A stretch of DNA of 64,000 bases. Origin: Cyanophora paradoxa CCMP329. Lineage: Eukaryota; Plantae; Glaucophyta. Below are positions 35,713 to 47,459 of this stretch, in pieces (within the stretch, counting starts at the first letter, position 1; each line of letters starts with the position of its first letter). Position numbers and translations under genes: made by a program. Under the pieces are notes generated by a model. That model was not told the origin of the DNA. It did no database searches and saw nothing but the letters and a program-made list of their open reading frames with translations. The DNA lies in the NCBI GenBank assembly GCA_004431415.1, contig QPMI01000332.1, forward strand, positions 1 to 64,000, read 5' to 3'.

Positions 35713-37299
35713 ATGGTCGGCTTCGCGTTCAGCTTGGGCCTGCCGTCGCACGCAGTGCTGCAGCCGCTGAGGGGAACGCGAGCATGCGTCGATGTCCCGC
35801 TGCCCCCGCAGTTGCCGCACGTGCAGGCTCGACAGCCGGCCACAGCCCGCCTGCCCAGCGTCGCCCCGCGCTGGAGGGGCTCTGAGTTCGCCGTTGGTCG
35901 CTTCAGCAGCGGCCTTTCTTTCGCCGCGAGGCGCGGCGCGGTCTCCGTGCGGCGGTTCGAGACGTGCCGCGCGGAGCATAACGAGGCACAGGACCAGCCC
36001 CGGGAGCTGCAGTTAAGATCAGTAGCCGCGCCTGCGTTTCTTCTGGCGGCGGCGCCGGCCCTTCTGGGAGCGCTCTCGCAGGAGCCCTCGGCTGTGCACC
36101 TCGCCGCGCTGGGCGAATCCCTCCAAGTGCAGGTGCACGTGAGCGGATTGGCTGCCTCCAAGGCGCGCTGAACCGAGTATTCGCCGCAGTTGTACGAGCT
36201 CGAGCGTGTGGCGACGCAGCTCACGTCGGTGCAGCTGGACAACCTCTCGCCCCTGAGGTTGGCGCTCTGCATCGCAGGGGCAGCGGGCGCGCGGGGGCGC
36301 TGACTGGGCGCGGGGGCAGCCTGGCGGTCATCTTCGGTGCGGGCCTGCTGACGTCGTTCTCGCCGTGCACGCTCTCGATGCTCCCCATCTGCGTCGCGTA
36401 CATCGGCAGCGACGCCGAGAGCGACCGCCTGGGGGCCTTCGTCCAGGTCCCCGCCCGCCCCGCCCCGCCCGGCCCTCTCCCCGGCGCCGACGCCGAGGGC
36501 GTGCAGAGCGTGTGGTTCTCGCTGGGCATCGCGACGACGCTGACGGGGCTGGGGCTGGCGGCCGGGGGCCTGGGCCTGGTGTACGGGCAGGTGGGGGACG
36601 GCCTCCCCGTCGCCGTCAGCATCCTCTCCGTCGTCATGGGCCTCAACCTCCTCGACGTCCGCCCCGCCCCGCCCGCCGCCCGCCCCCGCCCGACCCGCCC
36701 CCAGGTCCTCCGCTTCAACATCCCCAGCCTCGGCGACAAGCTCGGGCCCGTCCCCACGACCCTCCCCAAGGCGCCCGCCCCGCCCCGCCCCGCCCCGGCC
36801 CCGCCCCGCCCGGCGGGGCGCTGAGGGCGCGCAGTCGGTGCGGTCGTACCTCACGGGCCTCTCCTTCGGCATCGTCGCCTCGCCGTGCAGGTGCCCCGGC
36901 GCCGCCCGCCCCGCCCCGCCCCGCCCGACGCCCCGCAGCACCCCGTCCTCGCCGCCATCCTCGGCTTCGTCTCCACTTCCGGCGAGGTCCGCCCCCCGCC
37001 GGCCCCGCCCCGCCGGCCCCGGGGCGACGCGGGCGGGCAGCCGCTGCTGGGGCGGGGCTGCTGGCGGCCTACGCGACGGGCTTCGTGGCGCCGCTCGTCG
37101 TCGCCGGCACCTTCGCCGGCGCCCTCCGCCAGCTCCTCCAGGCGCCCCGCCCGCCGCCCCCGCCCGGCCCGGGGCCGTCTCACTGGGGCGGCGGCAGGTG
37201 CGGGCGGTGTCGGGGTGGATCACGCCGGCCTCGGGCGCCGTCCTCCTCTTCTTCGGCGTCTCCTCCCTCGTCTCCCGCATCGCCCCCCTCCTCTCCTGA
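35713..37299 (+). CDS. ccdA: Plastid cytochrome c biogenesis protein CcdA (spliced)
   Basis: Transit peptide MVGFAFS; AGLLTSFSPCTLSMLPI; YLTGLSFGIVASPC|STPVLAAIL; WITPASGAVLL. Confidence 0.93.
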
Positions 37300-37461
37300 C
37301 CCGCCTCGCCCCCGCCCCCGCGCCGCCCCCACTCGTCCACGGACGGGGAAGGGAAAAGCCGAGGTTTCAACGGTTCTGGGAGGGCGGGTGCGGGGTGGTA
37401 GTGTACATGTACAGGCGGGGCGGGGAGCGCTGGAGCTGGGGCGGGGTTGGGGCGGGCGGGG

Positions 37462-38157
37462 TCAGGGGAAGCGGCGGGCGAGGAAGGCGGCGGCCTCCTC
37501 GCGGTCGTCGAAGTGGATCTTCGTCTTGCCGAGGATCTGGTAGTCCTCGTGCCCCTTCCCCGCGATCACCAGCGCGTCCCCGGCGCCCGCCAGCGCCACC
37601 GCCCTCTCGATCGCCGCGCGCCGGTCGACGACCACCTCGTAGCGCCCGCCGCCCTGCACCGCCCCCTCGGCGACCTGCGCCACGATCTTCTCGGGGTCCT
37701 CCGTCCGCGGGTTGTCCGACGTCACGATCGTGTAGTCGGCGAGCTCCGCGCCGAGGCGGCCCATGATGGGGCGCTTGCCGGCGTCCCGGTCGCCGCCGCA
37801 CCCGAAGACGGCGATCAGGCGCGCCTTCGGGTCCATGATCTCCCGCACCCCCTGCACCCGCCTCAGCCCCCGCCCCCGCCCCGCCCCGCCCCGGGGGTGC
37901 GGCGGGCCTTGAGGAGGCGCTCGAGGGCGTCGGGGGTGTGCGCGTAGTCGACGATGACGCCGAAGTTCTGCGGGGGCGGCTCGCTGGCGGGGATGGGGGC
38001 GCGCGGGGGCGCGGGGACCTGCTGGGGCCCGACGGAGACCGACTCGAAGCGGCCCGAGACGCTCTCCACCGCCTCCAGGCCCCGCACGATCGTCTCCCCG
38101 GGGATCTGCCCTCCGTCAGGCCCCCGCCCAGGCCCGGACCGCCCCGCGCACGCGGTT

Positions 38158-38188
<31 letters not shown>

Positions 38189-40457
38189 TTGTACACGTTG
38201 ACGGCGCCCCGCAGCTTCGTCCGCACCGTGATCTCCTCCCGCGGGCCCTCGCCCCCGAACTCCTCCGCCTTCCCCGCCGCCCGCGGCGTCCGGATGCGGA
38301 TCTGCGGCGCGCGTCGAACGGGGCGGGGGCGGGGCGGCCCCCCGCGGGGCGGGCCTCGGACTCGAAGAGAGTGAGCTTGGTGGCGACGGGGTGGACGTCG
38401 TTGGTCGCCTCGAGGCCGTACGTGAGCACGTGCGGCACCAGCGTCGGCACCACCGGCGCCCTGCCGCTCGTTGCCTCCCGCCGCCCCCGCGAGCCGGCGG
38501 CAGGCGCACGGCTCGGGGGAGTCCCAGTCGATCTCGCAGCCGGCGTCGCTCGTGCACATGAAGTCTGCCGCGCCGTCACACCTCGCGGCGCGGCGCTGGG
38601 CGGCGCTGGGCGGGGCGGGGCGGGGTCACCGCCGAGGCCGGCGTTCCAGGCCGGGGGCATGATGGCGGCGCCCTGCTCGCCGCGGGCGACGGCGGCGAAG
38701 AAGGCGGCCTCGGGGTCGTCGCCGTTGAGGACGGCGGCCTTGGGGCGGGTGGCGGCCTTGGCGGCGGCGAGGCGGAGCTGGAGGAAGAGCTTCGCCTTGG
38801 CGTCCCGGTAGGCGTCGAAGGTCTTGTGGAAGTCCAGGTGGTCCCGCGTCAGGTTCGTGAACTGCCCGCCACCCTCGCACACGCCCCCGCGCGGCGCCGC
38901 CCGCGGCGGTGCGCACGACGGCCGTGTCGTACTCGATGCCGCGCACGCGGCCCAGCTCCAGCGCGTGCGAGCTCACCTGCCCCGCTTCAGGCCCCGCCCT
39001 CGCCCCGGCCTCCGCCCCGCGCACCTCCATGACGAGGGCGTCGCAGGGGTCGGGGCCGGCCTCCTCGGCGTACGGCCCTGCAGAGGAAAGCTGGGCGGCG
39101 GGGAGCGGGGGCGGGGCGGGGCGGGCGGACCGGTGCGGGCCATGGAGGCGATGAGGGCCTGCAGGTCGATTGCCTCGGGGGTCGTGAAGGGCGCTGCGCC
39201 CCGTCAGCCGCCCCGCCCCGCCCCGCCCCGCCCCGGCCCGCGCACCGGGGAATGTCTCCTCCTCGACCATGTACGCGATGGTGCCCACCAGCCTGCGCCG
39301 CCGCGCCTCGCCCCGCGCTCGCCCCGCGCGCGGCGGCCGGCGGGCGGGTGCGCACCCGACGCGCTCCCCGTGCGCGCGGAGGATGGACCGCACGAGGTAC
39401 GACGTCGTCGTCTTCCCGTTCGTCCCCGTGATCCCCACCGCCCGCATCCTGCCCCGCCCCCCGCTCGCACCCCCCGCCCCCGCCGCCGTCGGCGGGCGCA
39501 CCCGCTCGCTGGGTAGCCGTAGAAGCGGGCGGCGATGTCGGCCATGGCCTGCGGGCGGGCGGGTCGGCGAGGCGCGGTGGCAGGGCTTGGGGCAGGCGCG
39601 CGTTGCGGGTGTCGTCGATGCGGACGACGGTGGCGCCGCACTGCTGGGCGGCCGTCCACGCCTCCGCCAGCTCCGCCTCCTTGTCCACCGCCTTCGTCAC
39701 CAGCACCGCCGCCGCCCCCGCCTCCACCGCACTCTTGATGTACTGGTGCCCGTCCACCGCGAATCCTGCCGCCGCCCGTCCGTGGCGCCCCGGAGCCCTG
39801 CGCCCGCCCCACGCACCCTCGACGCATACGAAGAGGCTCCCTGGCTTCACCTGCCTCGAGTCGTACGTGATGCCTGCTCTCGGAGAACACGTTCCAGCAT
39901 CACGTACGCCACGATGCGCGCCCGGACGGTCACGGCGCACCGCTGACGGCCACGTCGATCGACCCGAGAAGCACCTGCGCCTCGTCCGCCAGTTCCTCTC
40001 CGAGCAGCTCGGAAAGCTCCTTGTCTGCGCCCGCTCGTGGTTAATGAAAAACGCGCCGCGGGGCAAGCGTCGAGCGCTCGGACGTACGGTACGCGGAGGC
40101 GGCGGCTTTCAGCCCAAATCGCTTGGGGGCTACGCGACGTGGTTATCGACGCGGTACAGCGCTATATAGCATGGATTGACGCACGCGGCAGCCGGGAAGC
40201 ACGGATGGCGGAAAGGACCGGCACGCAGGAGCGGCGGCCGGGCAACCAGCTTGGACAGGCGATGCGGGTCGCATCAAAGCGGCTGTGTAGAACAATCAGG
40301 AAAACTCCGGGCATTTTAACTCGGGGACGCACCGCGTACACGCGGCCGCTTGCCGCGCCGGCGCGCGGGAACGCTCTATGTGGCAGGCATGGCTTGCACG
40401 CGTGTCTGGGACGGATGCAGCGCCGCTCCGGGCGTGCAGGAGCGCGGTTTGGAACAT
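37462..40457 (-). CDS. murE: UDP-MurNAc-tripeptide synthetase MurE, meso-DAP type, plastid-targeted (spliced)
   Basis: DSRQVKPG; [11 protein letters not shown]; MEVSSHAL; [12 protein letters not shown]; [10 protein letters not shown]; [14 protein letters not shown]; [10 protein letters not shown]; AGKGHEDYQ. Long N-extension starts MFQTALL. Confidence 0.95.
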
Positions 40458-40715
40458 CTTGCTTTCGAGATTGGCGTACTCCTCCGACAAAAAAAGTCGC
40501 CTTTGCACAGCGCCGCGCTCCAGAATCCAGCCGAGCTTCACTCGCTAGCGCTTTCTTGGCCGCAGCGCGCTCTTGCTGGCTGCATCGTCGTCGTTGACCA
40601 GGCTCCGAGCACCACGAACAGCCGGCGCTGTCCCGCGGGTTTGTGGAAGGCAAGCAAACGATGCAGCTGCAAGGCCAGCGGCTGTAGTGGGCGGGGCCCG
40701 GAGCCGACAGCAGCC

Positions 40716-43700
40716 ATGCTGGGAGACGGCTCAGTCTCAGGACGAGCGCCACCGCTGTCGAAGCGGGGGGGAGCTCTCGTTGCTGCGTTCGGCCTGGGCG
40801 ATGGCGGTGGACTGACGGAACTGTCGGTCGCTGGTGACGCGCCTGGTCTTCCTCCAGAGGCGGCGATTGGCAAGATCGTTGGTGCGTGGCACCTGGCCGG
40901 GGTGCAATCTATGCTCCTGACCTGCGTTCCAGGCGTCCGGCTTCCCTTCGACGCCAGAAAGGACATCGTGCCACCAGCAGCCCCGCGATCTATCTTCGTC
41001 CGGACCGATCCGGACGACGTGGCCGCGCGGAAAGAGGTCTTGCCGCTTGTTACGCCGCGCCACAACGTTCTGCGTCTCGGTCCTGGGGCCCTGAAGCACA
41101 TCGATGTGGGAAGCAAGGGCAAGCGTGGCCTCGTTCGCACGAGCTCGCTGGTGGTGCGTGGGCCGCGCGCTACCCCCGGCTGCTTCTGGCCCTTGTTTTG
41201 CTGAGAACGCGGGGCGTGCGGGATAGGGCCGATCGCTGCTGCGAGAGGAAGCGCCGGAGGACAAAAGGAAACTGCTGGCGTACTCGGAGACGGTGGACCA
41301 GGACGCGACGCAGGCGGTGGACGAGTACCTCATGGAGGAGTTGCTCTCCACGTTCATGCGCTCGGGCCTCTTCCGGCACGGCATCCTCGCCACCATCATC
41401 GCCGTCTCCATTCTCGTCGGCATCGGCACCGACGAGAGCCTCGTTCGCGCCCCCCGCCCCGCCCCACCCCGCGCCGCTGCCAGGCCGCTGACACCGCGGC
41501 GGGGCTAGAACAAGCGGTACGACCAGGTCTTCTCGGTGATCAACTACGCGATCCTCACCATCTTCACGCTGGAGATCCTCATCAAGTGGGCCTACAACTT
41601 CGGCGGCTTCTGGACGGTCCCCTGGGTGCGCCCGCCGCCCGCCCGCCCCAGCCCGTGGGCGGTCTCCGAGGCGGGGGCAGAACCTGATGGACTTCACCCT
41701 CGTCGCCATCTCCATCCTCACCGAGCTCGCTCCCGCCACCGCCGGTGCCGAACCCGCCCCCGCCCCGCCCCTGCGCCCCGCCCGCCCCGGCGCTGAGCAG
41801 CCGCCAGGCCTCGGGTTCCTGAGCAGCGGGCGCATCTTCCGCATCTTCCGCGTGCTCAGGGCCCTTCGAACGCTCAGGAGCATATCGTGCGCTCACCGCG
41901 TGGGGGCGGGGGGCGGGGTCGGCGCGGCGGGGCTGACGGCGGGGGCGGCAGGGCGCTGCAGTCGCTGCAGATGATCGTGGAGACGATCCTGGACTCGCTG
42001 CCGGACATGGCGAACGTGACGCTGCTGATCCTCATCGTCATGTTCATCTTCGCCTGCGTCGGCGTCGACGTCTTCGGCGAGGCCGCCCCCGACCTCTTCG
42101 GCGACCTCGGCTCCGGTCGCCGCCCCGCCCCGCCCCGCGTCGCCGGCCCCCCGCGCCTCCTCACCCCGCGCAGCCTTCTACACCCTCTTCGCCCTCCTCA
42201 CGCAGGACAGCTGGGAGGGCGGCTTCTGGGGCATCGCCGTGCGCCCCCCGCCCCGCCCCGTCCCTCGCCGGGCGCGCGGGGCCGACACCGCGGCAGGACG
42301 GCGGCTACTTCTTCGCCGCAGCCGCCTACTACGTCAGCTTCTTCACCATCGGGGCCTTCGTGATGGCCCGCCGGCGCCCGCGCGTCCGAATACCGCCGGC
42401 GCGGGCTAACGAGGCGGGGCAGATCAACATCATCGTGGGTGTGGCGTTCATCAACCTGCAGGTCTCCATGGCGCACGTCGCCAAGGAGAAGGCCGCCCTC
42501 AACCGCCAGATCACCTCCGGCGGCCTCGGCTCCGAGAACACCCGCCCCGATGGTCCCCGCCCCGCCTCGCCCGCCCCCGCGCGGCGCGACGGCCGCGGCA
42601 GAGGACGGGACGTTGCGCAAGGTGGCCGAGGTGCAGGAGATCCAGAAGATCGAGCCGCGCGTCTGGCGCGCCCAGCGGTGCGCCCAGGCCCCGGGCCCGG
42701 CCCCCGGGGCGCGCGTGGGCCGACGGGCCGGCAGGGCGCTGTTCGCGCCGGACCTGAGCAACGTGACGGCGGGGGTGCTGGAGAACTACTACCTCATGCT
42801 CGTGCGTGAGCGCCGCCGGGGCGGGGCGGGGCGGGGCGGGGCGGGGCGGGGTGCGAGGCGGGGGCGGCGGGGCGCAGATGGCGGTGGAGGACAACCTCGC
42901 CGAGTTCAAGCGCCTCAAGGACCGCCTCCGCCAGGTCCCCTCCCCGCCCCCGCCCCCGCCCCGCCCCCCGCCGACCGTCCCGCCCCCCAGATCGCCGAGG
43001 CCGTCGAGCAGTGCAACCGCGAGGAAGACGACGATGAGGAAGGCGCCCCGGGGCGGCGCCCCGAGAGCGCGCTGCAGGGCGGCGGCAGCGTCGAGTCGGA
43101 GAGCGAGGAGGAGGAGGCGGGGGCGGGGGCGGCGGCGGCAGGGGACGTGCTCTCGCGGGTCGTGCGGCGGGAGACGATGCGGCAGCGGCGCGTCAAGGAC
43201 CGCACGCAGAAGGAGCTCATGGAGCGCCGCACCCGCGTCATGCACTCCCTCGTGGGCGACCCCCCCGTCCCGGCGCCCGCCCCGACCTCACGCGCCCCGG
43301 CAGGGCATCATCGGGGCCGGAGCCCTCGGGCGGCAGCCGCAGAGCCCCGACGAGGGGGGCGAGAATGTGGGCGAACCTCCGGAGTCGCCCCCGCGGGCCC
43401 CCAAGGAGGGTGAGCCGGCGGCCCGTCCTACCCTCGCTCTACGCGCCCGCTGAGGCGGGCGGGGCGCAGAGGGTGTGCTGGCGCGGACGCTGGCGCGCCT
43501 GAACACGCTGCGGCGGCAGTCCACAGTCACGACGGACCTCTCCGCTGTGCTTTCGTCGGAGGCCGGCGCCGGGGCGCCAGCGGGCGCCGAGGGGAGCCAG
43601 CGGCGGATCCGGGGTGCGAGCCAGAGCGTGGAGGGGGGCGGGAGCGTGCGGACGCGGGAGGTGCAGGAGCCGGTGCGGTCTCTCGGGCCGAGCGAGCGCG

Positions 43701-43891
43701 AGGGCGGCTCGAGCCGAAACCCGTTCACGACCGGCCCGATCGCGGCGGCCGGGGAGGGCGAGGGCGGCTCAGGCAGGCAGGCCCCGAAGCGGGCGCTGCC
43801 GGCGCGGCAGCCGTCCTCCCTCCTCTCCATCCACGAGCACGGGCCCGAAAGCCCTCCCCTCGACGAGTCCCTCCCCCGCGAGGAGGCGTAG
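40716..43891 (+). CDS. CATSPER4: CatSper4-like single-domain voltage-gated cation channel (spliced)
   Basis: S4 RIFRIFRVLRALRTLR; ILDSLPDMANV; pore YTLFALLTQDSW; S6 FFTIGAFVM|INIIVGV; tail LSNVT..LENYYLML|MAVEDNLAEFK resembles CatSper4. Confidence 0.8.
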
Positions 43892-44039
43892 CGTCCGCGC
43901 CCTCGCTCTCAAGCTCTTGCTTGCGCAACCGCGACATCGATCCCGCTGCAATTGTTTACTCAAGCTCCTAGCTTTTTCGAAACATGTGAAGCATTTTTTG
44001 GACCCAGCAGCTCAATAGTGCGCGTCCAGGCAGTTGCGG

Positions 44040-44400
44040 CCGCCGGCGCAGGCGTTGCTCACTAGCTCACTAGCTCACTAGTGCAGTCGCTGGGAATGAT
44101 CATGAGCTCGAGTAGAGCTTCGGGTCCGGGCGTCCTGCAGCTCGGCTGCCCCGCGCGCGCACGGCGCTGGGGCGTGCATCGAACTGCAGTGCTATAGCTA
44201 GCGCTAGCTGGCGTGCCACGGTGCGGCCCGCCGGCCGGCCCGCCGGCCGCGCGCGGCCGCGGGCCGGCGGCGCGGCCGGGCGCTGCGCTCAGCGGCTGGC
44301 TACCCGGCGCGCGGCGCGGCGGTATGTGCATTGATAGCCTAGGCCTAGGCCAGCGCTAGCGCTGCGAATATGCGCACGCGAACGGGATCAATTCTGGAGG
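44040..44400. repeat. Micro-palindrome-dense intergenic tract
   Basis: CTCACTAG x3, GCTAGCGCTAGC, CCT-AGG-CCT-AGG (44338-44349), AGC-GCT-AGC-GCT (44352-44363). Confidence 0.8.
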
Positions 44401-44497
44401 GCCCAGGGGGCGCGCGCGAGGCGGGTACAGGTGCAAATTTCCGCCACGCCAGCACTAGCCCTTTCAGGTTAGAAACCGCCCCCAGCAGTTTAGCGGC

Positions 44498-44626
44498 AGT
44501 GGTCTTCCGCCCTCTATCTGTCGTCGACTTCTCTCTCCTTCGACGTACGCAGAAGTCAGACGAACTTCATCCAAAGTGGTCTTTCGGCCTCCAGCTGTCG
44601 TCGGATTCTCTTTCCTTCGACGTACG
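44498..44626 (+). repeat. Imperfect 52-bp direct repeat (period 77) just upstream of the F-box gene
   Basis: AGTGGTCTT..CTGTCGTCG..TTCTCT.TCCTTCGACGTACG at 44498 and 44575. Confidence 0.85.
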
Positions 44627-44634
44627 TGCGCCAT

Positions 44635-46391
44635 ATGGCTGCTTCGGCGCCCGTCGAGGCTGCGTCGGCGCCTGTCGAGGCTGCGTCGGCGCCCGTGGAG
44701 GGGTTTGCTTCGCTCCCCGAGGAGGTGCGCGCGGCTGAATGGCGGCTCATACATACGCTCATACACACGTACGTACATACGCTGAATCTACGACTTGGCT
44801 CGGGCGCAGATTCATCAGCAGATTCTTCAGAGCCTGGACGATGAGATCGACTTAGCGCGAAGCCTACGAGTGTGCCGTGCTTGGCATGCGCTCGACGCGG
44901 ATCACATCTTATTCAAGCTTCTCTACAAACGTCGCTTCAATAGTCTACCCGACGCCGCTCTCGGGGACAGGATTGACGAAGTCTTCAGTCTCCGCCGGCT
45001 TCTTGAGCGCATTGAGCGTGCTCCAGCGGAGTCCATCCAGACGCGGCGTCTGGTCGGGTACATATATACTACGATATGCCACCCTTTTTGTTGCTTACAT
45101 CGTAATGCGTAACTCAGGCACGAGGCACCTGTGGATGCGATTCGACTGCTTAAAATGCAGCACGATGGAGATCCTCTTTGCATATCTGCTTCCCGCGATA
45201 AGTCAGTAAGGCTGTGGCAACTGGGGCGGTCGTTCAAGGAAATCGATCGAGGAAATCATCAGGGATGGGTATGGGGTCTTGATGTATTGAGTAACCCAGC
45301 ATCTGCTCCGAGAATTGTGAGTCGAGCTCTTTGACATCGACATGATCATGCAGTTCTCTGGCGCCTGATGATTCACAGTTCTCTGGAAGCTGGGACTGCA
45401 AAGTCGGGCACTGGACAATTGATCATGAGGGCATCGACTCTAGATCTGACTCATGCCCGAGGCTGAAGCTCAAAGCGATGATTGCTGGTGCTACCGCGTC
45501 AGTGCTCTGCATCAGTGCTCTGGACGACGTGGTTGCGGGCTGCTTCAATAAAAAAATTCTTCTCTACGATATTGAGACGAGCAGACTCTCAAGGGCCATG
45601 ACGGGGCATGGGGACTCGGTCCTGTGTGTTCAACGGACGATGTGTTCCATCTTTTCCGGCAGCGGGGACAAGAAAGTCAAGATGTGGGACCCCCGTGCCT
45701 CTCATGCTTGCCTTCATACGGTGCGTATCTCTTGTTTGTGCTCTCAAAACCGAATTTCTCGCATTGATCTCGCTTTCGACCTGTCAGATCGTTGCACACG
45801 ATCGCGCTGTTAAAACCATACAGCACCGCAATCACTGCTTGGTCACCGGTTCCACAGACACGAACGTGAAGGTGAGCACATGTTTCATTGAAACAAGGAA
45901 ATTGTTAATGCCGTGCAGATATTTGATGACCGCCTCCTTGCTGAACCAGTGAGAGTCCTATCTGGTGTGCACACAAAGGTATGCTTGTAAGGCTAGAAAA
46001 AGCTTGCACGTGCTAAAATGGCACATGTACAGGGAGTGAATTCAGTCCTTTTGGACGAAAACGAGATCGGCTTGCTCACTGCTTCTGACGGTATCACCTG
46101 CCCGCATCTCCTCGGTTTTATTGACTAGGCGCTCAAAGCTTCTGCAGACGGGCGTGTCGTGCTTTGGGATGCTCAGCTGGGTGAACCTATCAAGATACTC
46201 ACTTCTCCATTTCTGCCAAGTTCACAGGTGCGAATGGACAGCATGGGTCATACATCTGTGCTTTCTAAAATGGTCTGCAGTTGACTAGCGTGGCCGTGGA
46301 CTGGGCTAGACGTCACATGTTGGTTAGCTCCTGCGACAATGTGGTGACACAAGTAAAATTCGGTGCGGGTCCGGAAGACCCGTGTGTGTGA
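44635..46391 (+). CDS. F-box/WD40 protein (FBXW9-like, spliced)
   Basis: SLPEE|IHQQIL..VCRAW F-box; WD repeats SASRDKSVRLW, HQGWVWGL, GHGDSVLC..SGSGDKKVKMWD; N-terminal 21-bp x3 repeat (AASAPVE). Confidence 0.88.
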
Positions 46392-46700
46392 CACATGTTG
46401 TGCTCTTAAGCACATTTCACGCTTGCATCCAGCGCAATGGCGTGCGTGTGTATGCGTGGGTGAATGACAAGCTTAAGCGAGTGGCTCGGCACAATGTGGC
46501 CATGGGGAGGGGCATGAGAAGGAACCCGCCAGCGCCGAGGCGCGCTCAGAAAGAGCGAAAAGGCCTGAAAAAGATTATGCATTGCTGGAAGAGCAGAACT
46601 ACCGAAAGCTGCGCAAGCTGTCTGCGTTTTCAACGCGACCGAGGCCGGCGCCAGCACGATCCTAGCTGAAGGAAGCACGATTCGCGCACTAGCCCCTGCT

Positions 46701-47290
46701 CTACGCAGAGCCGCCAATGGCGACGTTCATGGCCGAATAGACCTCGGCGCCGATCTGCGCTTTGGCCTTGTCGGCATCGGAGGTCGCCGACGCGAGAGCC
46801 GCATTGTACTCGGCCATCCCCCGCTTCACCGCCTCCGGGTCGATATCCTCCACCTTCACTGCCTCCACAGCGCACACATCGGTGCGGTCAGGGTGAATGA
46901 GCGCAAAGCCGCTGCTGACGAAGTAGTTCTGCACGCTGCTGCCGTCGTGGATCGCCACGACACCCGGCTTCAGCTGGGCTACAGTTGGCACGTGGTTGGG
47001 GAGCACGCCGAACATGCCATCCTGCCCCGGAAGCGTGACCATGTCCACGGGCTTGTTCTGTGCGATGATGAGGTGCGGGCAGACGAAGTTCAGGTTGAGC
47101 TTCGTGCTGCCTGCGCGATGAAAGAAGTGAGCGGGGCCGCAAAGCCCGCCGAGGGGCCGCGAGGTCGCTGCGCGACGATTTGGCCCCGGGACCCGGACTC
47201 GCCTGCGGGCGCGGCCGCCTCCGCCGCACGAACGACGGCAGACGAGTGGATGCGGCGCACGGCCGGGTTGGACACGAGCCGGCGAAGCAT
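46701..47290 (-). CDS. ATP16: Mitochondrial ATP synthase delta subunit (one intron)
   Basis: MLRRLVS presequence; LNLNFVCPH..GMFGVLPNHVPTVAQLKPGVV..YFVSSGFA..CAVEAV. Confidence 0.95.
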
Positions 47291-47459
47291 TGCGAACGAC
47301 TACCCCTCTAAAAAGAACGCGGCTCTACCCCCACTACAATTTGTATCAAACGTACCCGAGCCGCTCCGCGTCGCGGGGGCGCTCCCGGAGGATCCGGCGG
47401 CGATCCAGAGCACGCAACAAAGCACCGATTCCAACGGGGGCTCCACGCGCTCCAACGAG

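Noticed and set aside
37462-40457. murE or ccdA as bacterial contamination or an operon
   Set aside because: Both have many spliceosomal introns and transit-like N-termini and lie among eukaryotic genes.
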